A stretch of DNA of 64,000 nucleotides. Source: Promethearchaeota archaeon. Lineage in GTDB: Archaea > Asgardarchaeota > Heimdallarchaeia > Hodarchaeales > Hodarchaeaceae. Below the pieces are notes generated by a model that did not search any database, had not been told where the DNA came from, and was given only the letters and a program-made list of their open reading frames with translations. This document shows, in pieces, positions 40,835-49,681 of the stretch (within the stretch, counting starts at the first letter, position 1; each line of letters starts with the position of its first letter). The translations under genes were made by a program, and so were the position numbers. The stretch lies in the NCBI GenBank assembly GCA_048938105.1, contig JBHLMN010000004.1, positions 32,001 through 96,000 on the forward strand. The letters run 5' to 3'.

Positions 40835-42763
40835 CTATTGATATTTTCTCCTCCTTTGCCTGAAATAGAGAGTAGCTACGCCTATTACTACGAACATTGT
40901 GACTGCTATGTATATTTCAAATCCAGATGATGCAGCAGATCTGCCTGCCTCTTTTGACATAGGGATTTTTTCAGAATTTGGGGATTCTTCAAAATTTAAG
41001 TGTGAAACTGAAAGTCGAGCATCATATTGCCAGTCTGTGTGTCTTGTCAGATTAATGTATTCCCCAGGTACATATTCTACCCATTTATAAGGCCCAGAGC
41101 CAGTCAAATCCGCAGCTGTTGTGGGAATCCAGGTCTCAAAATCAGGCCCATGAGTGTTCCAGATGTGCATAGGTAACACTGGTAAGCCAGTTGCTCTACT
41201 CCATTCAAAGTACCCACTCTGGTTGGTATAAATCTCAACAATGTAGTCACTAGGCCTATCGACTCGGTAGACATTTTCTAAATAAGATCCATAGTCATTA
41301 CTTCTAGGCCAGAGGGTCTCAAAAGAGTATTCAACATCTGCAGATGTGACTGGTTGTCCATCGTGCCACGTCGCATTATCATTTAGATAGAAGGTGAACT
41401 TCTGGCCGTCCTGAAAACCCCCACCAGCAGTAGTCTCTTCAATGGTCCAGTTATAAGCCAATTGTGGAATAGGATCCCAGTTATTGGGGTCACTTTGCCA
41501 CAGGCGTTCATAGATGCAGTCGAAGACAATCTTATTGAAGTAATATAGATAATTGAGGACATTAGTTGAGTAAATGTCTTCAGTTGAACCGTATCTGAAC
41601 GTTCCTCCAATTGGACCACCTTCGGATTCCTTCAGAGAAATATGTGTGAGACAATACGGATTTTCACCTGTAATGCCCATACCTTTGAAGTTGAAAAAAC
41701 CCTCAAACTTATCTGTACGGTAAGTATTGATAAGAGGATAGCTGTAACAAGCAATCATTGGCTGTTCATGATTTAGTAGTAATAAAACTTCAGCAGATTT
41801 TGCCTTTACATCTTCAAGAGTAGTTGCTGCCATCATCTCGTCAAGAGCAGCGTTTATAGTTGCATTGTTCAACCGATAAATCATGTCTGAATAGGATTGA
41901 CCAGTTCTAAATAATTGGTACAAATATTCCACTGGATTGACAATATCAGCGGCCCAAGTGAAACACATCGTCCAAGCATCATTTGCAAGTATTTTATCGT
42001 AGATAAGAGAAAAGTCCATTTCTACCACAGTCGCGTTTATTCCCATTGCTTGAAGAGCCTTGGCGGCATATTCACTGACGATAATAGCAGGATCATAATC
42101 AATTGTAGCATATATTTCGATGGCACACTCCTGGTGGTCTTTATCACCAGTACTCCAAGTCCCAGAGTCATCAGCATCAAATTCACGCCAACCATCACCG
42201 TCTAAATCTCTAAATCCAGCTCGTTCGAGAGCTGCGATACCAGAATCAATATCTGGTTCATAAAAGTGCGTTGGTAACGAACTTTCAATTTCCCATTCTG
42301 TAGCAATACTAGGCATGTAAGTGTCTATAGGAGTCCCTGCTCCACCATCGATCTCATAGTTAATTCCCACCTTATCTATAGCAAAAGCTAATGCTCGACG
42401 GTACCCAGTGATATTGGTTGGGAAACGTCCACAATTTAAGGAAAGTTGCCGAAAATATGGTTTTTGATTGATAGCTACCTCAACGTTAGGATTCAATACG
42501 AGCCCAGGTAGGTATCGCGCATTATAGATAAGGTCCTCTGTACTGGCGTCAATTTCCCCTTTTTTCAATGCAAGCAACATTTCAGCCCAGTCATTCTGAT
42601 AAATGTTGAATATCACATTATCAATATATCCCCCGTGAGGGCGGAAATTTGAGGGCCATTTGAAGGTCATCGTTGTCATTGGTGCGGAAAGTGTGGTACT
42701 ACCTGAGAGAAGAGCCACTAATACGAACAAACTTGCGAAATTAAACAGTTTCATTTTTTTCAT
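40835..42763 (-). CDS. Second circularly permuted family-5 solute-binding protein (tandem paralogue)
   Basis: Same motif order as 38729-40822, shared DNA stretches (e.g. cacgccaaccatcacc..tctaaatccagct), tail SSGFE-TM-RRRK. Confidence 0.88.
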   Translation of the reverse strand: MKKMKLFNFASLFVLVALLSGSTTLSAPMTTMTFKWPSNFRPHGGYIDNVIFNIYQNDWAEMLLALKKGEIDASTEDLIYNARYLPGLVLNPNVEVAINQKPYFRQLSLNCGRFPTNITGYRRALAFAIDKVGINYEIDGGAGTPIDTYMPSIATEWEIESSLPTHFYEPDIDSGIAALERAGFRDLDGDGWREFDADDSGTWSTGDKDHQECAIEIYATIDYDPAIIVSEYAAKALQAMGINATVVEMDFSLIYDKILANDAWTMCFTWAADIVNPVEYLYQLFRTGQSYSDMIYRLNNATINAALDEMMAATTLEDVKAKSAEVLLLLNHEQPMIACYSYPLINTYRTDKFEGFFNFKGMGITGENPYCLTHISLKESEGGPIGGTFRYGSTEDIYSTNVLNYLYYFNKIVFDCIYERLWQSDPNNWDPIPQLAYNWTIEETTAGGGFQDGQKFTFYLNDNATWHDGQPVTSADVEYSFETLWPRSNDYGSYLENVYRVDRPSDYIVEIYTNQSGYFEWSRATGLPVLPMHIWNTHGPDFETWIPTTAADLTGSGPYKWVEYVPGEYINLTRHTDWQYDARLSVSHLNFEESPNSEKIPMSKEAGRSAASSGFEIYIAVTMFVVIGVATLYFRQRRRKYQ

Positions 42764-43011
42764 AAAAAAATCTTCCTATATTCATTTTAAACTTGTATTA
42801 AGTCTATAAACACCATTCACATACATTTTCGAAATTATTTTTTAGAAGAAATCATTCTAAAATATACCTATTATCTAGTTTTTATAATCTACTATTCGGA
42901 AGATGTCTTACTTAAACGAATTTGGTCAATTAAGAGACAAAATATAAAACTGTTGGACTTAAAACTATAAAAAAAGGCAAGATCTCTCTCCTTTCATTAT
43001 TATATTTGCCT

Positions 43012-43791
43012 TTAAACCCAATAATAACACTTATACGGTTTTGAATCAGTATATCCCAGTTTGAGAGCAAAGTCTCTGGAAATCTCAGTATCAGCATCCC
43101 AATGAGGTTCAATACCATTTTCCAAACAATATGAAATGAGTTCAACTGCTACTCGTGTTGCCAATCCTTTTCTTCGATATTTTATTGAATCCACTGTGTC
43201 TACCTGAATTTCGAGACTTGTTCTGAAAGGAACCAAAGAAGAAGCCATACTAATGATTGAAAGACCATACTTGATACAATATCCCTTTCCCGATGCCATA
43301 AAATGTTTTGGGTCTCCAAAGAACAGATGAACATAATATCCGATCGAATTTTTTATTTGATTCAGGACTTCCATATCCACTTGTTGTAAATAATAACGTT
43401 CAGGAAGGTTGTGTTTTAAATTTTGTATGTATTTAAGAGTAACAGCGGAAGCAGAAAGAGCATATCGGTTGAAGTTTCTTAGTTTAGTTCTAAAGTACAT
43501 CCTTAAGTGTGGAATCCATAATTTCTGATTTGGAATAAAGATTGTCTGTTTCGGAGGGATGTGAGCTAAGATTTTGTTTATATCAGATGAACTGGGAGTT
43601 CCTGCTAGAATATGAACCCCAGGTATTGTAAAAAGTGATACTGAAGGATTTTCAGGATTATCTACAAAAATTTCTCCCAGAGGGAGCTCTGGAATCGCTT
43701 CGATTATATTTCTGAGATGTTGATGTGCATCATACATATGACGAATCGAATCAAAATGAGAACTAGGAATCTGTATCACCATTCGGAGCAC
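43012..43791 (-). CDS. GNAT-family acetyltransferase
   Basis: EIQVDT...YRRKGLA, PHWD...S..FALKLGY. Confidence 0.85.
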   Translation of the reverse strand: MLRMVIQIPSSHFDSIRHMYDAHQHLRNIIEAIPELPLGEIFVDNPENPSVSLFTIPGVHILAGTPSSSDINKILAHIPPKQTIFIPNQKLWIPHLRMYFRTKLRNFNRYALSASAVTLKYIQNLKHNLPERYYLQQVDMEVLNQIKNSIGYYVHLFFGDPKHFMASGKGYCIKYGLSIISMASSLVPFRTSLEIQVDTVDSIKYRRKGLATRVAVELISYCLENGIEPHWDADTEISRDFALKLGYTDSKPYKCYYWV

Positions 43792-43842
43792 CGAGTTTAT
43801 ATATTTTATTACTCTACAATGTTTTGATTAGGTGACTCATCT

Positions 43843-44328
43843 TTAGATAAGTCCTTTACATCGGGAGGAGTTTGGACATTTTCCTCGGTATTGATGAAGT
43901 AGAGCCAGTTGGTTTTCTGTCTCTGGACACCCTTCACCTAAAGCTCCATGAATGATCTCTAGTGCTTCTGTTGACTTATATCCATGAGTTACTAGAAATA
44001 ATCCAATCATTGTTCCTGTTCGGCCACAACCAGCAATACAATGGGTCAATACTGCCTGTTCATTTTGTAATGTTTCACATACGATTTGTAAATAATGATT
44101 AATAGTATCCTCTGTAGGAATTCCAAAATCAGGGATAGATAGGCGTTTGAATTTTACTCCACTAGTTTTTAATTGTTCTTTTAGACTATTTGGTAATCCA
44201 CGAGATGTAAGGTTCACTACAAGCATAAGATTCAACTGTGGTAGAATGCCAAGCTCTTTAAAGAGGGGAAAAGGGCTGCCAGCCAATTTTCCTGGAATAA
44301 TCCACCTGATTATTTGGTTTATTGCCAT
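43843..44328 (-). CDS. Dual-specificity/PTP-family protein phosphatase
   Basis: HCIAGCGRTG (CX5R), general-acid IPDF, ETENQ. Confidence 0.9.
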   Translation of the reverse strand: MAINQIIRWIIPGKLAGSPFPLFKELGILPQLNLMLVVNLTSRGLPNSLKEQLKTSGVKFKRLSIPDFGIPTEDTINHYLQIVCETLQNEQAVLTHCIAGCGRTGTMIGLFLVTHGYKSTEALEIIHGALGEGCPETENQLALLHQYRGKCPNSSRCKGLI

Positions 44329-44349
44329 AAATTTCCCGATTCGATAAGT

Positions 44350-45216
44350 TCATTTTATGATTGATTTAATAAAACCAATAACTTGAGTACTATAATCTGG
44401 ATGTTTTTCAATATCGGAATGATTAGTCTGGTCTGGTATCCATATTTTACTGTAGGGTATTTCCTTTTGGAGGAGAATAGTATATTTTACTGGTAAGATT
44501 TCATCTTCTCGTCCATGGATCAACAAAGTAGGGACAGTAATATGTGATGCAGCATCCAGTGGAGAAAATTCCAGTTTTGAATATTTCCTAAACTTAAATA
44601 AAGTAAGGATTGTGATACCTGGCATCAAGAATGGGGTAAACCATTTCAAGACTGGACCATAAACGTATTTAAGACTGTGAGGAAATGCATAAGGAGATGC
44701 TTCTGCTATTACAGCTTTAACTAGAGGATTTTGGGCTGCTACTATCAATGTGGCACCAGCCCCAATTGAATGGCCAGTTACTATCACTGGTTTTCCCCAC
44801 CAATTAACACAGGAATTAAGGTCTTGACTGAATCGTACAATACTCATTCCTGCGATTTCTTTATCAGAGTTACCATGATCCCTTACAGAAATCAAAATAG
44901 TGATGTATCCATGTTTACCATAGATTCTAGCTCGAGAGACCATTCGCCCTCTATTCCTTCCCCAACCATGAACCAATATTATTGCGGGTTTTTGGTTTCT
45001 GACTTCGTCTGTTCTTCCTTTTGGATAGACTACCCAACACTCCATTCTTTTTCCATTGATTGTAGGCACTTTAAATTCTTTCACTACCCCCCAATCAGGA
45101 TATTCATTAATAGGTCTTCTTGGAAAATTCGCTAAGATAAGTATAATACTCTGATTAATTAGAAAATAAGCAAAAATAATGACACCTAACCAAGTTAATA
45201 TATGGATAATTGTCAT
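44350..45216 (-). CDS. Membrane-anchored alpha/beta hydrolase
   Basis: N-terminal TM, VHGWG, GHSIG, HG.ED, NH. Confidence 0.85.
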   Translation of the reverse strand: MTIIHILTWLGVIIFAYFLINQSIILILANFPRRPINEYPDWGVVKEFKVPTINGKRMECWVVYPKGRTDEVRNQKPAIILVHGWGRNRGRMVSRARIYGKHGYITILISVRDHGNSDKEIAGMSIVRFSQDLNSCVNWWGKPVIVTGHSIGAGATLIVAAQNPLVKAVIAEASPYAFPHSLKYVYGPVLKWFTPFLMPGITILTLFKFRKYSKLEFSPLDAASHITVPTLLIHGREDEILPVKYTILLQKEIPYSKIWIPDQTNHSDIEKHPDYSTQVIGFIKSIIK

Positions 45217-45372
45217 TGTAAGTCCTCATTATGGAAAAACTAAGCCATTAACCTGTGGTCAATGATTATTATATTATGGATAATGAATTCTTTGTTTGTT
45301 ATTGCGCAGTAGATGAATATTAAACATTTTATTTTCTAAAAGTGTTATTTCTTGACATAAAAACTCATATTA

Positions 45373-47466
45373 CTAAGCTATCTTAAACTTCTCTTCTAAG
45401 AGAATGTCACTTGAAGATCTTCCCACTAAGAGCTTGTATTCACCAGGTTCAATTTTCCAAGAATGGGTATTATCATCGTAAAACGCTAAATCTTTAGCTC
45501 TTATAACCATATTTACAATCTCTGTTTCATTTGCAGTAATAAATATCTTTTTAAATCCAGTTAACTCTTTTAGGGGCCGTTCAACTCCACAATCAAGACT
45601 TTGTGTATATGCCTGAACAACTTCAGATCCAGGATGATTGCTTGTATTTGTTAAATTGAGAGTTACGGTTATATTTTCATTCTTAGTATATTTCTTTTTG
45701 TTTAATCGGAGATTGTCATAAAGAAAGGTAGAATAAGAGAGACCATAACCAAATGGAAAGAGAGGTATTATCTTTTCCTTTTCAAAAAAACGATAACCTA
45801 CAAAAATTCCCTCATCATAATAAACTTTCAATCCCTCCCCAGGATAAGTTTTGGTAGAACGATGCACAGGTGAGTCTCTAAGTTTCTTTGGAAAAGTTAT
45901 TGGTAATTTTCCAGAAGGATTAACATCACCAAATAGTATATTAGCGATTGCATGGCCCCCTTCCATCCCTGGATACCAAGCCTCAAGAATAACAGGAACA
46001 TTTTCTAGCCAACCATTCATTGCGATTGGACTACCATTTAATAAAACAACTATAGTATTTGGATTATTTTGAACTGTATGATTAATCAAATTGACTTGTT
46101 CTTTGGGCAATTCGAGTTGATTTCGATCTATTCCTTCACTATCATTTCCAAATGATGACTTTTTATCTTGATTTTCCCCCCTCGCTAGAGATTTATTGCT
46201 GTCATGATTTAGTCCTGCAAAAATAATTACGTAATCAGTTTTTGAAGGATCAGTAGTAATTTGAACTTTATTCTCACATTTTTTCTTCAATCCTTTAAGA
46301 GGAGTTATTTCATACGGAGGTTTGACTGCAGAACTACCACCATAAAGCCATTTACCGAATTTTTTATCTCGGTTGGGCCCTATAATTGATAAAGTACTGA
46401 TTTTTGATATATCAAGAGGAAGAATGTTAGTATCATTCTTTAACAACACCATTCCTTCTTCAGCCATTCGTCTTGCTAATTTTTGATGATCTGGAGTGTT
46501 TCGTTTTCCTTGAGGAAGAGTACTTTTATTTTCAAAAAGACCAACCAAAAACATAACACGTAAAAGCTTTCTTACAATAGTATTTAGGTCTTCTTCTGTG
46601 ATTTTCTGTTCATTTAAAGTACAATGCAACGATTTAAGATGATATACTTTAGCCTTAGGCATTTCAAGTGAAACACCTGCTAAGATACATTCTTCTGCTG
46701 AAACTGGAGGATTGGCACGTGAGAAGGCCCACCAATCTGAAACAATAAATCCCTTAAAATTCCATTTATCCCAAAGAGTATTTCGAAGTAACGCTTTGTT
46801 AGCAAATAAATATTGACCATTAACTTTATTATATGATGTCATAATCATCCAAGGATCTGCTTCTTTTATTACCTCCATGAACGCTCTAAGATAAATTTCG
46901 TGGAGTGTTCTTTCATCAATTTCAGCACTAATAGTAAAACGCTTCGTTTCTTGGTTATTAGCCACATAATGTTTAGGACAAGCCGCGATACGTTGACTTT
47001 GAACTCCTTTAACATATGGAATTGCCAGTTCTTTCGTTAAATATGGATCTTCACTTAAGTATTCAAAAGTTCGGCCATTTAAGGGTGTTCTATCAATATT
47101 TATTCCTGGAGCTAGGATAGCATGCCTTCCGATTGCTCGAGCCTCTTTTCCGACAGCCTTACCGAATTCATGGGCAAGCTGGCGATTGAAGGAAGAAGCA
47201 AGACATATCCCTCCTGGAAAGCGGGTATTTTTACGAAGAAAACTCGTATGCATTGAAATACCGAATGGTCCATCAGTCATTTTAAATGGTTTTATACCTA
47301 ACCTTTTAATGGACTGAGTCTGGAAAAATCGGTTACCTGCAAGTAATTTGAACTTCTCATCGATTGTTAGACGATTTAGCAGATCATCGACTCTAGCTTC
47401 GATATCTAAACTAGGATTTCTATACGAAAGGTGTGTTAATTCCTCTGTCTCAAGTTTTTGGGTCAT
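45373..47466 (-). CDS. GH3 beta-glucosidase/xylosidase (no signal peptide)
   Basis: TDGP.G, GRTFEYLSEDP, KHYVAN, nucleophile SDW, PFGYGLSY, C-terminal Fn3-like domain. Confidence 0.93.
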   Translation of the reverse strand: MTQKLETEELTHLSYRNPSLDIEARVDDLLNRLTIDEKFKLLAGNRFFQTQSIKRLGIKPFKMTDGPFGISMHTSFLRKNTRFPGGICLASSFNRQLAHEFGKAVGKEARAIGRHAILAPGINIDRTPLNGRTFEYLSEDPYLTKELAIPYVKGVQSQRIAACPKHYVANNQETKRFTISAEIDERTLHEIYLRAFMEVIKEADPWMIMTSYNKVNGQYLFANKALLRNTLWDKWNFKGFIVSDWWAFSRANPPVSAEECILAGVSLEMPKAKVYHLKSLHCTLNEQKITEEDLNTIVRKLLRVMFLVGLFENKSTLPQGKRNTPDHQKLARRMAEEGMVLLKNDTNILPLDISKISTLSIIGPNRDKKFGKWLYGGSSAVKPPYEITPLKGLKKKCENKVQITTDPSKTDYVIIFAGLNHDSNKSLARGENQDKKSSFGNDSEGIDRNQLELPKEQVNLINHTVQNNPNTIVVLLNGSPIAMNGWLENVPVILEAWYPGMEGGHAIANILFGDVNPSGKLPITFPKKLRDSPVHRSTKTYPGEGLKVYYDEGIFVGYRFFEKEKIIPLFPFGYGLSYSTFLYDNLRLNKKKYTKNENITVTLNLTNTSNHPGSEVVQAYTQSLDCGVERPLKELTGFKKIFITANETEIVNMVIRAKDLAFYDDNTHSWKIEPGEYKLLVGRSSSDILLEEKFKIA

Positions 47467-47593
47467 AAATCATATTTCCAACGTGTTCATTCAGAATATG
47501 AAAGATAATTTTTGTCTATAAAGTAGAATACAAGATAAAATGCTAAATTAAAAACAAGAATGTATTGAATGTACATCTTTAAGTAAATTCACA

Positions 47594-48613
47594 TTATTTG
47601 AGAAGAAGTGCTTCTATTTCAGGAATGACCAATCCAGTCCTACTATTAAGTAATTTATAGACTTTCTTGAAAGCTGGTATATATTGTTTCATGACTTCTT
47701 TTGTTTCATCTCTCATCCCCATTTCAGCTGCTCCTGAACTTAAAGAAACAGATAGATCGAATAGTCTCCTTAAACAAGCTAAAACCTCAAAATATTCGAT
47801 ATTAGGAACTTTAGAACCATAAAGATTTTGATAGATGTTCAAAACATTATGTCGAAAATCTGAAGATATGTGGGCTTCACATAATACCAAAGTCCAACCT
47901 AAATCCATACGAAAATCCTTAATACTTAACCTGTGCCAATCAATGACATATGCTTCATTTTCAGCTGTTATCAAAATGTTGTTTGGATGAAAATCTCCAT
48001 GAAAAATTGAAAGATATTTAGCAGACATTTTAGGGATATTGTCAAGCCATTCTATTATTGGTAAAAACTCCTCCTTTTTGAAATGTCTTATCTCTTGTCT
48101 AAATTGGAGAAAGTAATCAAGTAATAGGTGTTTTGGATTCTTCTGATCAAGAGAAAAATCAATATTTATTATATTCCAGTTTAACCTGTGAAGAGTATAA
48201 AAAAGATTACAAAATAAATACATCAAATCAGAAAATTCATCCCTACATGCTGTTTGCATCCTCTCCCCTAAAGGTTGGCCATTAATCCTTTCCATGATGA
48301 TGAAAGGTTTATCAACATAGGAGGGTTCTACTCCCAAGAAATATGGAAAAGGGACAGGGTAGTCAATTTTATGTAACTCAGATAATGTCTGGAATTCATT
48401 TTTTGCGCTTTGAGTGGCATATTTTCCAGAGTATAGTCGTAAAATTAGATCTTTCCTTATATCGGCTCCCGAATCTCGATATTCAAGTGTAAAAGAATAA
48501 ATATCAGTCTCCCACCCTGAAGTAATATCTTTAAGATCTAAGACACGAATATTTTCCTTATCAGACAATTTTTCATGTAGAAACGCAGCTATAACTTCTT
48601 CCATAGAATTCAT
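47594..48613 (-). CDS. APH-family phosphotransferase
   Basis: GWET, FIIMERING, HGDFHPNN, IDW, D.G. Confidence 0.85.
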   Translation of the reverse strand: MNSMEEVIAAFLHEKLSDKENIRVLDLKDITSGWETDIYSFTLEYRDSGADIRKDLILRLYSGKYATQSAKNEFQTLSELHKIDYPVPFPYFLGVEPSYVDKPFIIMERINGQPLGERMQTACRDEFSDLMYLFCNLFYTLHRLNWNIINIDFSLDQKNPKHLLLDYFLQFRQEIRHFKKEEFLPIIEWLDNIPKMSAKYLSIFHGDFHPNNILITAENEAYVIDWHRLSIKDFRMDLGWTLVLCEAHISSDFRHNVLNIYQNLYGSKVPNIEYFEVLACLRRLFDLSVSLSSGAAEMGMRDETKEVMKQYIPAFKKVYKLLNSRTGLVIPEIEALLLK

Positions 48614-48756
48614 GAATTCATAACCACATCGTAATAACTAAACAAGAAGCTTTTTTTTCTGCCATATTTAGTATAGGATCTAAATAAAAGCAATTATGAT
48701 CATTCTGAAAAAAGACACTTTAATTTCAATATAAAAGTGCTTATTTCTCCCTTAAT

Positions 48757-48966
48757 TCATTTAGAAAAGAAGATTAAATCTTCCTTAGGCTCTGTTTCGG
48801 TCATAACTCCGATTAAATCATGACTTTTCATATGATGGTTTAAATAACATCTCTCGTGTATTAGTTTATGACATTGATCGCAACGTATAACTAAAACGAA
48901 ACCATTATGATCTCTTTTTAGTAAAAGCTTACCACATACGGAACAAAACCGTGGGTCATCCTTCAT
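48757..48966 (-). CDS. Small zinc-finger protein (C-x2-C-x17-C-x2-C-x4-H-x2-C-x3-HH-x3-H)
   Basis: 69-aa ORF with a strong GAGGTGA RBS overlapping the upstream stop; Cys/His pattern. Confidence 0.75.
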   Translation of the reverse strand: MKDDPRFCSVCGKLLLKRDHNGFVLVIRCDQCHKLIHERCYLNHHMKSHDLIGVMTETEPKEDLIFFSK

Positions 48967-48975
48967 GGCTTCACC

Positions 48976-49101
48976 TCATTGAACTACATCAGGATTTAGG
49001 TCTACTTGCTTTTCTGTATCCAATTCTCCTTCAAGCTTTTTCTCACAATTTATACATTGACCATGTACATTTAACACTGTACCACAGGATTCACAGAACA
49101 T
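48976..49101 (-). CDS. 41-aa zinc-ribbon microprotein not in the ORF track
   Basis: Manual translation MFCESCGTVLNVHGQCINCEKKLEGELDTEKQVDLNPDVVQ*. AGGAGGT RBS about 10 nt upstream; its stop overlaps the next RBS. Confidence 0.75.
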   Translation of the reverse strand: MFCESCGTVLNVHGQCINCEKKLEGELDTEKQVDLNPDVVQ

Positions 49102-49124
49102 CTACAAACGAACCTCCTTTCTCT

Positions 49125-49250
49125 GTCTCAAATTCCCAGGAAAAGTTGAGACTTTGGTGTTTAGGCAAAATAAGGGTGTGTGACAATAATGCCATTCCCT
49201 TGGAACCACATTCTAATGGCAATTGAAAATTTCATAGTGTCACACCAAGT
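49125..49250 (-). promoter_or_regulatory. Structured 5' leader candidate of the zinc-finger operon
   Basis: Stems 49125-31/49146-52, 49178-85/49238-45 and 49190-96/49215-21; BRE/TATA-like GGGAAACC-TTTTAA on the minus strand near 49305-49318. Confidence 0.45.
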
Positions 49251-49401
49251 TTCAACAAGAAGATTCCTGGATTCTCCTTGCATATATGACTTTTTTACCT
49301 GAGGTTAAAAGGTTTCCCGTTCCCGCACAATGAGATATGATCCAATAAACTAGATGATTAAAGAGCGCTTAAGACGAATATTTCATAACAAAAATATAGA
49401 G

Positions 49402-49618
49402 AATGGTGAATTAAGGCATATCAAGAGGTAATTTGTTACCTGAAAACCCATTTTCCCTCGGTCTGTAGTTATAATTACAGACACAGGTGCACCATTATCC
49501 TGTACTACTAATTTAGCTCGTGGTTTAAGAATGCCTGCAGTTGTTTGGTTATTGTGATGTAACCGTGCGTTTACAGACAAGGGATCGTCTGATTGTCTAT
49601 GACGGACAGAGGATTGTC
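49402..49618. ncRNA. Candidate structured non-coding RNA (multibranch junction plus possible pseudoknot)
   Basis: Stem 49402-08/49490-96 encloses three hairpins; crossing pair 49414-19/49531-36; further hairpin 49575-98. No credible ORF. Confidence 0.4.
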
Positions 49619-49681
49619 AAAAATCTAGAATTTATCAAATCGAGCTCACAATGATGAATGCTAATCTGAAAGTAGACTGAA

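Noticed and set aside
49419-49502. SAM-I riboswitch resemblance (ATCAAGAG ... GGTGC ... TCC)
   Set aside because: Lacks the GAGGGA/GGCCC and GCAAC core and the closing GAU strand; there is no downstream plus-strand gene to regulate.
48951-49580. 91-aa (+) and 65-aa (-) ORFs
   Set aside because: No RBS or motifs; the first is antisense to the better-supported zinc-ribbon gene and the second overlaps the structured element.
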